Of a stretch of DNA of 64,000 nucleotides, positions 12,181 through 24,591 are shown piece by piece. The first letter of the stretch is position 1. The number at the start of each line of letters is the position of its first letter. Where the stretch lies: assembly GCA_951406725.2 (NCBI GenBank), contig OX597839.1, positions 37,572,001-37,636,000 of the forward strand, read 5' to 3'. The notes under the pieces were generated by a model. It worked only from the letters and a program-made list of their open reading frames with translations. It had not been told where the DNA came from and ran no database searches. This stretch comes from Octopus vulgaris. Lineage: Eukaryota. Position numbers and translations under genes: made by a program.

Positions 12181-13532
12181 GGTACTTATTTTATCAGCCC
12201 CAGGAGAATGAAAGGCAAAGTCAACCTCTGCAGAATTTGAACTCAGAATGTAAAGATGGATGGAATTCTGCTTAGCATTTTGTCTCATGAAAGATTGGAA
12301 ATGAAGAAAAGCCACTTGTTTAGAGCCATCAGACAATGCCAAGAAAAGAAGACATGGCTATGAAGCCTACCTGACATGTGACTGATACTTAATAACATCT
12401 ATTGAGGCTGCAGTAGTTGTTTACAGGTCCACTTGCAACTACAGGTACCTGACTAGGTGATTTAGAGGGGTCAGAATGAAAGTAAGGGGTTAAGTAGCTG
12501 GCCATGAATCCTGTTTTTGTCGTCCTTTTCTTTCCTTTATCACTCTTGGTCAGAATGAGTTGATTAGGTGCAGCTGACTGGAGGAGCGAGCCTGTTTCCT
12601 CTCAGTAGTTGCTGTTGCGAAAGAGGTAGTATGGAAGACGAGAGTGAAACGAATTACAACAGGCATGTTCATCTCCAGTCTCGAGCTAATTGACTTTTTC
12701 GTTTTCCACATGAAATGGAAAATAAGGCTGGAGAAGAAATGCCTGTCGCAAAGTGTGTTTCGTAAAAGATGGAAGTCTATAGCAAGTATGTTGTGAGTGA
12801 AAGAACCTGTTTAAACGAGAATATAAAAAAGGAGAAAGCAAAGTCTTCAGTGTGAGTCTGTGGTTTGTGGGGTCGACCGCGTCCTCCGCTTCATTTTTTG
12901 TTAATCACTCATTCTCATTTAATTGTATATATTTTAATTGTTTGTTTATTCATACGTTTCATCTCATTCGATACCCTGACCCCAACGTTTGTTTTGTCTG
13001 TCCCCTCTTTTTCTCAACCTCATGGTTAATAAAGAAATTTGACTGGACATTCAATCTGGTTTGGCAATGGCCCTTTTTAGTGCTAGAGGCAAACACACAC
13101 ACAAACACAAACATGCTTGTGCTCGCACTCAAAAATGTACACATACAGAGAGAGAGAGAGAGAGATAGAGAAAGAGGGAGTGAGAGAGTAAGAGAGAATT
13201 ACGGTTTATTAATTGAACACAATTGGTATCAACATTTTCCCTCTCCTCAGACGCATAAAAGAAAATATGCTCACACACATAAACAGAGAGAGAGAGAGAG
13301 AGAGAAGGGTGAAAGAGGGAGAGAATGAAAGAAACATTAATACATCTGATGTCAAATAAATCAGTGTTGAATCAGTGATGCCAAAATAAGTGGCACCAAA
13401 ATATCCCCGTGCCCTTCCTGTTCCCCCCCCACTTAACCTTTAAAAAGAAGTATTTTATTTTTTGCTCCATTCACCCCCTCCCCCCCCTCCATACAAACAC
13501 AATTGAAAAAAAGGAGATAAATTATTCGGAAA

Positions 13533-13887
13533 TCTTTATATATAAAACTGCAGTTGTGTGAGTGTCTGTCCCCTTCGATTTAGATTCCTAACTACTCCCA
13601 CATTTTGCGGTGCAGTTTAACCAAAACCGGGTATCTTATAGTCGTGATTCATATCGAGCCCTTATGGGTATTAGCGTGCGTCTACGATGAGTCTACGATT
13701 TAAAAAAAAATTTACCATCATTTTTTCCCATTTTTAATGCATTTTTTGACATCAGATGTTTTTTATGTTTCTTTCTCTCTCTCTCCCTCTTTCACCCTTG
13801 GCTATTATATAAGGGAAGTAACTCTCTAAAAATGCTTATATAGTTATTTCCCTTACAAACCCGAGCAACGCCGGGCGATACTGCTAA
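13533..13887 (+). mobile_element. Non-autonomous Helitron
   Basis: 5' TC (tctttatatataaa), subterminal hairpin cccgagcaacgccggg, 3' CTAA (CTRR), inserted between A and T, no TSD. Confidence 0.8.
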
Positions 13888-14019
13888 TAAAACATAAAAA
13901 ACAAACTATTTTTGCTCATGACTCGCAACTGCATTTGGAAACATTTGAACCTGTAAATTTACAACATCTTTCATGTTGAAGTCATCATCATCATCAACAT
14001 CATCATCATCATGTATTAC

Positions 14020-14395
14020 TTACTTTACTTTACTTTTACTTGTTTCAGTCATTTGACTGCGGCCATGCTGGAGCACCACCTTTAGTCGAGCAAATCGACT
14101 CCGGGACTTATTCTTTTTTGTAAGCCCAGTACTTATTCTGTCAGTCTCTTTTGCCGAACCGCTAAGTGATGGGGACATAAACACACCAGCATCGGTTGTC
14201 AAGCAATGCTAGGGGTACAAACACAGACACACATATATACGACAGGCTTCTTTCAGTTTCCATCTACCAAATCCACTCACAAGGCATTGGTCGACTCAAG
14301 GCTATAGCAGAAGACACTTGCCCAAGGTGCCACGCAGTGGGACTGAACCCGGAACCATGTGGTTGGTAAGCAAGTTACTTACCACACAGCCACTA
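14020..14395 (-). mobile_element. SINE family A
   Basis: Reverse complement of family A. Confidence 0.85.
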
Positions 14396-15004
14396 CTGTA
14401 TTATTATTATTATTCTTCGAGCGAGGTCGTTGCCAGTGCCGCTGGATTGGCTCCTGTGCAGGTGGCACGTAAAAAACACCATTTGAGTGTGGCTGTTGCC
14501 AGTACTGCATAACTGGCCCTCGTGCTGGTGGCACGTAAAAGCACCCACTACACTCTAGGAGTGGTTGGCGTTAGGAAGGGCATCCAGCTGTAGAAACTTT
14601 TGCCAAATCAAATTGGAGCCTGGTGCAGCCATCTGGTTCGCCAGCCCTCAGTCAAATCGTCCAACCCATGCTAGCATGGAAAGCGGACATTAAACGATGA
14701 TGATAATGATTCTGTCAACTCACAATCATCATCATCGTCGTCATTGTCATTGTCGTCGTCATAATAGTCCTTTCTACTGGAGGCACAAGACCTCATATTT
14801 GTGGGGAGGGGGACTTGTCGATTACATCGATTCCAGTGTTTCACTGGTACTTAATTTATCGACCCTAATAGGATGGAAGTCGACCTCAGGCGGAATTTGA
14901 ACTCAGAATAAAATGCCAGATGAAATACTGCTAAGCGTTTTGTCCAGCGTGGTAACGATTCTGCCAGCTCCCCACCTTAATCATAATAATAATAATAATA
15001 ATAA

Positions 15005-15445
15005 TTAATTATTTCTATTGGCCACAAGGGCTGACAAATATGATTGGAAAACATAAAGGGACAAAACAGGACGAAAGGTTACGAAAGGTTTTGTCCGTTT
15101 GTGAAAAAAAACCCGAGGAGAAAGCTGTTTAACAACGAAAATATAACAATGAAAAACTCCCAATAGGGGGAGGCGTTACGAAAAAAGAAAAGGTCTCATG
15201 TGGAAAAACCCATAAAAGTCACAGTAGCCTGGTGAAAAGCGGGGTAGAGAGCCCCGTTCTCCTTTTATAATACCTTTTTCAATTACAGGCGAAACCTCAG
15301 AATTGGTCCATTTATATTGGCCATTCTTGCACAATTCACCCACCTTTCAGAAAACTTGCTATCAGACAGCACTCTCCTCTCTAACCTCATCTTCCTTTTC
15401 AAGTGAAACTTGAAAAAGTTGATGAGGCCTTGACCAAAGAGGAAA
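15005..15445 (-). mobile_element. LINE 3' end (L1/Tx1-like, tentative)
   Basis: Minus-strand translation LFGQGLINFFKFHLKRKMRLERRVLSDSKFSER, then a UTR ending agcccttgtggccaatagaaat and (ATT)n. Confidence 0.5.
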
Positions 15446-16269
15446 TAATTGTTTCAGATTTTGGCACAGTGCCAGAAGTTTTTGAGTTGCGGGGGTGGTG
15501 GGAAGTTTGTTACATCGTCCCTAGTACTTGACTGGTACTTAGTTTATCAACCTCTAAAAAGATGACAGGTAAAATCGACCTCGGTGGAATTTGAACTCAG
15601 AATGTAAAGATGGATGAAATGCCGCCAAGAATTTTCCTCTGACATGCTAACAATTCTGCCATTTTCTTGTTGTACGGTGGTGGTGGTGGTGGTGGTTGTG
15701 GTTTATCTCTCTGATGTCTTCATACTAGAAAGAACACATGTGGGGCAGATGGATTGGTGAAGTAGTGGGGAGATGAGATATTGTGTGTTTGGCGGGTGCG
15801 GTGGTGATATATATATATAAGGGACTTTGTGACGTCATATTGATAATCTTTCTCTCTCTTTCTCTTTCTCTCTCTTTGCTTTTTGCTGTGTTTGTTTTAG
15901 TTGTTTATATTGTTCCCAGTGAAAGCAAAAAAAAAAAAACCCCCAAACTAAACTAAAATACGATATAAATAAAATAAACTTATTTAAATGCTTATCAAGT
16001 TTTCGGCCACCTCCAATGGTTTTTGCCCTTTTTTTTGTTTCCTTCATTTCCATTCAACACACCTACTCACTTTGTTGTCCTTCCTTCCTTCCTTTTTTTC
16101 TTCCACCCAGCCAACCCCCCCTCTCTCTCTCTCTTTCTCCTAACCCTTAACCCAAACCCTCCTTCCCCCACCTCTGTCTGTCCTCTGCTTGCGGAGTGGG
16201 GATGGGGGTGAAAAAAGGCCTGACTTAATCTATGTGAGAAAAGAAACAAATATGTAAATAGAGAAACAA

Positions 16270-16740
16270 TCTCTCTCTCACTCTCTCTCTCTCTTGCACT
16301 TGCTCTCTCTCTCTCTCTCACTTGCTCTCTCTCTCTCTCGCACTTGCTCTCTCTCTCTCTCTCTCTCTCGCACTTGCTCTCTCTCTCTCTCTCTCTCTTG
16401 CACTTGCTCTCTCTCTCTCGCACTTGCTCTCTCTCTCTCTCTCTCTCGCACTTGCTCTCTCTCTCTCTCGCACTTGCTCTCTCTCTCTCTCTCTCTCTCT
16501 CGCACTTGCTCTCTCTCTCTCTCTCTCGCACTTGCTCTCTCTCTCTCTCGCTCTCTCGCACTTGCTCTCTCTCTCTCTCTCGCACTTACTCTCTCTCTCT
16601 CTCTCGCACTAGCTCTCTCTCTCTCTCTCACTTGCTCTCTCTCTCTCTCTCGCACTTGCTCTCTCTCTCTCTCGCACTTGCTCTCTCTCTCTCTCTCTCT
16701 CTCACTTGCTCTCTCTCTTTCTCTCTCTCTCTCTCTGTGT
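16270..16740. repeat. (CT)n microsatellite punctuated by CGCACTTG
   Basis: About 17 units of cgcacttg+(ct)n. Confidence 0.95.
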
Positions 16741-18932
16741 CTGTCCCAATCTCCTTCCCTCTCTCAGTGCCCTGGCTTGAGTAATTTCCTTCCCCCCCCT
16801 CCGTAGGAATGAAAAGAAAATGCGTGACTTTATCTATTTGAAAAAAAAAAAATAACTGCATGAGCACCGCTCCTCCACAACACCAACCACAACACCACCT
16901 TTGCCGCAGTCTCAAGTTGGTGTATTTAAGACTGACTTTAGTAGTTATAAAATCTATTTCTGTTGGAGGTGAGAGAAAAGAGAGGAAGAAATGCAGGTAT
17001 TTGGGCAAGATATATATATATATGTGTGTGTATATATATATATATGTATATATACATACATGCACAACTGGATTAACCTGTGTGATGTCAATATTGCTTT
17101 ATATGTAGTTTATATTTGCGTTTGTCTTTCATTTATTTTTAGCAAAATCGAAATAATAATAATACGTAAAAAGCACCAACCGATCGTGGCCGTTGCCAGC
17201 CTTGCCTGCCCCCCCGTGCCGGTGGCACGTAAAAAGCACGATCCGACCGTGGCCGTTTGCCAGCCTCGCCTGGCCCCCGTGCCGGTGGCACGTAAAAAGC
17301 ACCATCCGACCGTGGCCGTTTGCCAGCCTCGTCTGGCACCTGTGCCGGTGGCACGTAAAAAGCACCCACTACACTCACGGAGTGGTTGGCGTTAGGAAGG
17401 GCAACCAGCCGTAGAAACATTGCCAGGTCAGACTGGGCCTGGTGCAGCCTTCGGGCTTCCCAGGCCTCAGTTGAACCGTCCAACCCATGCTAGCATGGAA
17501 AGCGGACGCTAAATGATGATGATGATGATGAATAATGATTTCTTTATTAACCACAAGGGTTAACATTAAGAAAAACATTATGTACAGCACAGGACAAAAC
17601 AAAGAATGTGTGTAAGTGTGTGAATGTGTGTTGTTGTGAGGGTTTTGCATGTAAACAAGACTAACAACAACAAAAAAAAAGACCCCCAAAACAACATGTA
17701 ATCCTCAATAGGGTGGAGACATTTGAGGGCTGCTGCTCATGGAACCCCTCCCCCTAAAAAAACCATGGGTACCCTGACTTTTGGGGCAGGTGCCTTTTTT
17801 TCCTTTTTCCAACTGCAGACGTATGATAATAATAATAATGGTTTCAAATTTTGGCACAAGGCCAGCAATTTTGGGGACAGGTTAAGTCGATTACATCGAC
17901 CCCAGTGTTCAGCTCGTACTTATTTTATCGACTCCCTAAGGATGAAAGGCAAAGTCAGCTTCAGTCGCATTTGAACTCAGAACGTAAAGACAGGTGAAAT
18001 ATCTCTAAGCAGTTTACCTGGCATAGTAACAATTCTGCTAGTTCACTACCTTATTATTATTATTATTAATAATAATTATAATAATGATAATGATTTCAAA
18101 TTTTTGCCATAAGGGCAGCCTGGAGGTGGGGATTAAGTTGATTACATTGACCCCAGAGCGTAACAGGTACTTATTTAATCGACCGCGAAAGGATGAAAGA
18201 CAAAGTCGATCTCAGTGGAATTTGAACTCAGAATGTAGCAGCAGACAAAATACCTATTTCTTTACTACCCGCATGGAGAGGATAAACAAGGACAGACAAA
18301 CGGATTAAGTCAATTACATCGATGCCAGTACGTGACTGGTACTTATTTAATCGATCCCGAAAGGATGAAAGGCAAAGTCGACTTTGGTGGAATTTGAACT
18401 CAGAACGTAGCGGCAGACGAAATACCGCTAAGCATTTCGCCTGGCAGGATAACGGTTCTGCCAGCTTGCCTCCTTGATAATAATGATAATAGTAATGATG
18501 ATGCTAATGTGATGATAATGACAATTGTTTTTGTGATTGGTTACAAGGACCCAGATGCTGAGGATATTCGTCATAAGGATAAAGTGAAAAAAAAAAAAAA
18601 AAACCCAAAAGAACAAAGAAAAAATGAAAGAAAAGAACTTAATGAGAAGGGGGAAAAAAATACAGAACAAAGCCAGTGGGAGATATTTGGAGTAAAAACA
18701 TGGGGATCAACTATTGCAATATAGAAAGCACATTAATAATAAATAGATAATAACAATAGGATAGTAAATATTGTATCGTCAGTGATTCAGTCACACAGCT
18801 TGCATTCTATACAATTACCACTCATAAAATATAACACAGCCTACGCAGCACATTTTCTATAACGACCAGCACACTGTCTGTAACTATGTAACTTTTAGAG
18901 CACAAAGTCTAGAACAATATCCACACTGCCAT

Positions 18933-20020
18933 AGGCGCAGGAGTGGCTGTGTGGTAAGTAGCTTGCTAACCAACCACATGGTTCCGGGTTCAGTCCCACT
19001 GCGTGGCACCCTGGGCAAGTGTCTTCTGCTATAGCCTCGGGCCGACCAATGCCTTGTGAGTGGATTTGGTAGACGGAAACTGAAAGAAGCCCGTCGTATA
19101 TATGGATATATATATGTATGTGTGTGTCTGTATTTGTCTCCCTAGCATCGCTTGACAACCGATGCTGGTGTGTTTATGTCCCCGTCACTTTGCGGTTCGG
19201 CAAAAGAGACCGATAGAATAAGTACTGGGCTTACAAAGAATAAGTCCCGGGGTCGATTTCCTCGACTAAAGGCGGTGCTCCAGCATGGCCACAGTCAAAT
19301 GACTGAAACAAGTAAAAAGAGTAAAAAAAAGAATACTGCCTTGGTGTGGCTGCACGGTTAAGAAGCTTGCTTTCCTAACAATGTGTTCTTGGGTTCAGTC
19401 CCACTATACAGCACCTTGGGAAAGTGTTTTTTTTTTTACTATAACCCCAGGCTGAGTAAAGCTTTGTGAAGTGATTTGGTAGATAGAAACCAAAAGAAGC
19501 CTGTTGTAAGTGTATACATATCAATCGATTGATTGATTGATTGATCGGTAGATAGTCAAAATAGACTTGGAGGAGACAGGACATGTTATTGATGAGGTCA
19601 TGAATAATGATGAGAGGACTTTGACAAATAAGTAATTGATTGTTAAACCAACAAATTAAGCAAATGATTGATTAATTAGTTGGTTCCATGGAGAAAGATT
19701 GCCTTGCTTGGAAACATGCGAGGGTTTGCAACAGGAAGGGCATCTAGCCATAGAAAAAGGTCTGCCGCAGTGAATTCCATTTGACCCTTGTAAGCATAGA
19801 AAAGTGGACATTAAAACAATAATGATGTGTATAATTAAAAAACACAGTGAAAGAAACGAGTGGCTGTGTGGTAAGTAGCTTGTTTACCAACCACATGGTT
19901 CCGAGTTCAGTCCCACTGCGTGGCACCTTGGGCGAGTGTCTTCTACTATAGCCTCGGGTCGACCAAAGCCTTGTGAGTGGATTTGGTAGACGGAAACTGA
20001 AAGAAGCCCGTCGTATATAT

Positions 20021-20064
<44 letters not shown>

Positions 20065-20832
20065 ATATGTTTGTGTGTCTGTGCTTGTCCCCCCAACATC
20101 GCTTGACAACCGATGCTGGTGTGTTTATGTCCCCGTAACTTAGCGGTTCGGCAAAAGAGACCGATAGAATAAGTACTAGGCGTAAAAAGAATAAGTCCTG
20201 GGGTCGATTTGCTCGACTAAAGGCGGTGCTCCAGCATGGCCACAGTCAAATGACTGAAACAAGTAAAAGAGTAAATATGTTGAGGTAGATTTTCTGTAGA
20301 TATTTGGATGTCCTTCCTGTGACTAACATTGACCTCAAATTTTATACACATACTCCATAAGGTCAGAGCTAGGTCATAGCAAAGAAATTACCCCCCGTGA
20401 CCTGCACGCATGATAGGGGGCATAGACATAAAGTGACCTTATGCGCACATGTGTTGCTGAACTTTTGTTCACGCCTTAATTACTCTGTTTTACACGTTAA
20501 TGTGTTATTTTAGGGGGAGAGAGCAAAAGGGCTCACGCACCAACACGTTTTGCACCTCTAGCTACCCTTTTGACACATTTTTTGGCCCAGTAAATGAAGC
20601 ACTTACCCTTTCTTTGCCAGGGTCCAATGTAAGGCTACCCTAAAAAAACCAGTTGCCAAACGTTTAGTCGTTACATCGTTACACTTTTTATTTTGAAGAA
20701 AGACAGCAAAAGAACTCAAGTTCCATACTTTTTGCAAGTTCAAATGCATAACGTTGAGCAATAAGGCTTTCTTAGTCGAGGGCCATAGCGGTGGTTCGTT
20801 GTAAAAAAATCACGTCAAAGCTTTTGAAACCC

Positions 20833-20886
<54 letters not shown>

Positions 20887-21280
20887 TGGCTGTGTGGTAA
20901 GTAGCTTGTTTACCTAACCACATGGTTCCGGGTTCAGTCCCACTGCGTGGCACCTTGGGCAAGTGTCTTCTGCTATAGCCTCGGGCCGACCAAAGCCTTG
21001 TGAGTGGATTTGGTAGACGGAAACTGAAAGAAGCCTGTCGTATATATGTATATATATATATATATATGTATGTCTGTGTTTGTGTGTCTGTGTTTGTCCC
21101 CCTAGCATTGCTTGACAACCGATGCTGGTGTGTTTATGTCCTCGTCACTTAGCGGTTCGGCAAAAGAGACCGATAGAATAAGTACTGGGCTTACAAAAGA
21201 ATAAGTCCCGGGGTCGAGTTGCTCGATTAAAGGCGGTGCTCCAGCATGGCCGCAGTCAAATGACTGAAACAAGTAAAAGA

Positions 21281-21282
<2 letters not shown>
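18933..21282 (+). mobile_element. Cluster of three near-full-length family A SINEs (18933-19330, 19858-20275, 20887-21282)
   Basis: Near-identical ~400-bp copies in the same orientation. Confidence 0.85.
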
Positions 21283-21313
<31 letters not shown>

Positions 21314-22163
21314 GTAGAAAATGCAGAGTTTGTCCATCGATATCCTTGAGTAACACCAAATACTTTGCTTGTCTGTCTTCCATTTTTTTTATCTATCTAT
21401 CTATCTATCTATATATATATAATATATGTGTGTTTATATGTATATAAATAGATACACATACACACATATCAAATTGAACTTTGTAATTTATGTTCCTGAA
21501 AGCATTCTTAACATGGGGGTGTCTTTGTATTTCTTGTGACTGTTGGACTTGCCTGTCAGTTGGTGTGTCATTTTTATGTCATATTTAAAGATGATAATAA
21601 GAATAATAGTTGGTGTCTCTGTTTAATTGTTTGTGTGTGTGTGTGTCTTACTAAAATGTGTTCTCTTGTGTTAGTCTTGTGGGGTGTGTGTCTACTCTTT
21701 CTGTCAATCCATCTCACTCACTCACTTTCTTTATATATATGTGTGTGTGTGTGTGTGTGTGAAATTTAAATGTCATGTCAACCTGCTCTTGTCAAAAGCA
21801 CCTCAGCTACATTCCCCACCCTGTTCTACCCTCCCTTCCACCCTATTCTACCCTACCACTGTTACAATGCCAGTACCTGCCACCACTACTTCTTTTTACT
21901 ACATACAACTTGGTGGGTACCTCGGTGGGTACCTTGGTGGGTACTTGGTGGGTACCACAGTGGTGTTAGTAGTAGTATGAGTGGTGGTGTAGTAGCAGTG
22001 TTGTGTTGGTGGTAGTATGGTAGTGGTGGTGTTGCATGGGCAATGTGATGGTGGTAGTAATGGTTCTGTAGAGGTGTTGTATGGGTTGTAGAAGTAGTGG
22101 TGTTGCTGTGTAGCCACAAGTCAATTCAGTTTGAGCAAAGGTCTTACAATTAATGCCATTCTT

Positions 22164-22396
22164 ATTTCTTTATTGCCCACAAGGGGCTAAACATAGAGGG
22201 GGACAAACAAGGACGGACGAAGGGATTAAGTCGATTACATCGACCCCAGTGCGTAACTGGTACTGAATTCATCGACCCCGAAAGGATGAAAGGCAAAGTC
22301 GACTTTGGCAGAATTTGAACTCAGAACGTAATGGCAGACAAAGTACCTCTAAGTATTTCTCCCGGCGTGCTAACGTTTCTGCAAGTTTGCCGCCTT
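22164..22396 (-). mobile_element. SINE family C, full length, 15-bp TSD. Other copies near 14765-14978(-), 15455-15660(-), 17838-18050(-), 18090-18475(-), 23820-23960(-), 27250-27418(+), 31875-32090(+), 32203-32430(-), 47977-48490(+)
   Basis: TSD attaatgccattctt at 22149-22163 and 22397-22411; shared core gactttgcctttcatcctttcggggtcgataaattaagtaccag. Confidence 0.85.
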
Positions 22397-23057
22397 ATTA
22401 ATGCCATTCTTGCCATGCCCATCACCCCCTATTTTTATTTCTTTCTTACCCATGAACTCTGAAATACATCATCCAATGTGTTTGCAGTTTGATGGTGGTT
22501 TACAGTTTGAGTAAGATTTGACTATTATTACTAGCAGATCAAGTGAAAGCGTACATCAAGCGTTGACAAGCCATGATTCGTGGGACACACCTAATTTCAT
22601 GAGGACAATTACATTTATTAAAATTTTCATATAGTCATGCACCCTACATGATAATGAATCATGTCTCATGTGGGTCAATTCTTGAAAAGGGCTGCCCATG
22701 CTTGACATTAAGAAACTCATTTTGGCTCCCATTGTGATATTATACAGATTATGCAGTGGTAGTTGTCACCACTGCTATTGTTCTCTCTGTTGTTCTTGTT
22801 GTGTGGGAGGTCTGTACGCGGCAGTTATAATGTAGTCAACCGTGAGGTATTTTGTTTATGAGTGAAGTAGAAAAGAATGAAAAATTTCATAGTGTCTCTT
22901 GATTAAACGTGTACATATACACAGATACACATACTGATAAATGCTCTTGCACACACTTGCACAAGTAGTTTTATGAAGGAACCAAAAAATACTCAGTTCT
23001 TTTCTATTATATCCAAGAAATCTGCAATCATTGTTGGCCACCTTTAGTTAATATATA

Positions 23058-23569
23058 TGGGGTTATTCAAAAAGAATGAACTGATTTCATTTTGCAATAT
23101 TTTAATAAAGAAAAGCAATAGAAAACTCCAGCTAAGTCACAAGTATTTACTCACAATCATCTTTTATTTCTTGTCTTACAAGTGTTCAGTATGGGCAACA
23201 TCAGTGCAATAGGAGAATTCTTCCTAGACACGTATCAGCATATCAAAAGCAAGTTCATTATGGAACTAACGAATAAATTTGCTTTGCTTGAGGTGATTCC
23301 AGAAGATATTGACATAGAAAGGAAATGGTAAAACTTGGATAAAGCATTCAACCAGACAGCCAAAGAAGTACTCAGTGGATCATGACACGGTGATACGTGT
23401 CTGGGAGGAATCCTCACTGTGCTGCAGGTGGTGGCCACATTGAACACTTTAAAACAAGAAATAAAAGTTGATTGTGAGTAAATACTTGTGACTTAGCTGG
23501 AGTTTTCTTTGCTTTTCCTTATTAAAATATTGTGAAATGAAATTGGTTCATTCTTTTTGAATAACCCTA
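23058..23569. mobile_element. Tc1/mariner deletion derivative with ~130-bp TIRs (right-end copy at 29514-29602)
   Basis: gggttattcaaaaagaatgaa...cacaagtatttactcacaatca mirrored at the right end; TA flanks; GGHIEH transposase C-terminal remnant. Confidence 0.75.
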
Positions 23570-24558
23570 TATATATATATATATATACACACATACACAC
23601 ACACATATATACGATGGGCTTCTTTCAGTTTCCGTCTACCAAATCCATTCACAAGGCTTTGGTCGGCTTGAGGCTATAGTAGAAGACACTTGCCCAAGGT
23701 GCCACGCAGTTGGACTGAACCCGGAACCATGTGGTTAGTAAGCAAGCTACTTACTACACAGCCACTCCTATGCCTGTAGGTTTCATCATAATTACCATCA
23801 TCACCAACCTCATAAATGCTCAACTGGCATTTATTTTATTGATCTTGGAAAGAGGAAAGGCAAAGTGGACCTCAGCAGAGTTTGAACTCAGAATGTAAAG
23901 ATGAATGAACTGCTGTCAAGCATTTTATCCGGCATGCTAACAATTCTGTCAGCTCATTGCTTCAGGTCTGGTTTAGTATTGTAATAATGCTGTGCAGTTG
24001 TAGTGTTGTGATGGTGTTGTGTTGTTGTAGTGTGGCCCAGTGGGTAGTGTGTATGCTTTACAGTTGTAAGGTTGTGAGTTCAATACCTGGGGATCTGTTG
24101 TGTCCGTGAGCAAATACTTCATTTCATGTTGCTCCAGTTCACTCAGCTGGCAAAAGTGAGGTATACCCCTAATTCAAGAAGGGCCGGCCTTGTCACACTG
24201 TGTGCCACACTGAATCTCCCCGAGAACTGCGTTAAAAGTACATGTGTCTGTGGAGTACTCGGCCAGTTAATTTCATGAGCAGGCTGTTCTGTCGAGCGGC
24301 TCAACTGGAACCCTCGTCATTGTAACCGACAAAGAGCCGGTAGTAACAAAGGCAGACACCCACCTCAAACTGCAGTCTTCCATTGATACGGACACAGTAT
24401 GATTAATGAAGGACAATAAGCGGCAGTGGTGGCAGTGGTGTAGCGTTGCTGTGGTAGCATGGTGGTGGTGGTGGTGGTGGTAGAGATGACAGTTGGGTGG
24501 GGTTATTGTTATGACACACAGTTTGAATCCTCAATACATGGCAGGTGTACAATACCTG

Positions 24559-24591
<33 letters not shown>

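Noticed and set aside
16067-16806. RE/SL-repeat ORFs and a CRISPR-like look (CGCACTTG plus variable spacers)
   Set aside because: Spacers are just (CT)n, the context is eukaryotic and there are no cas genes.
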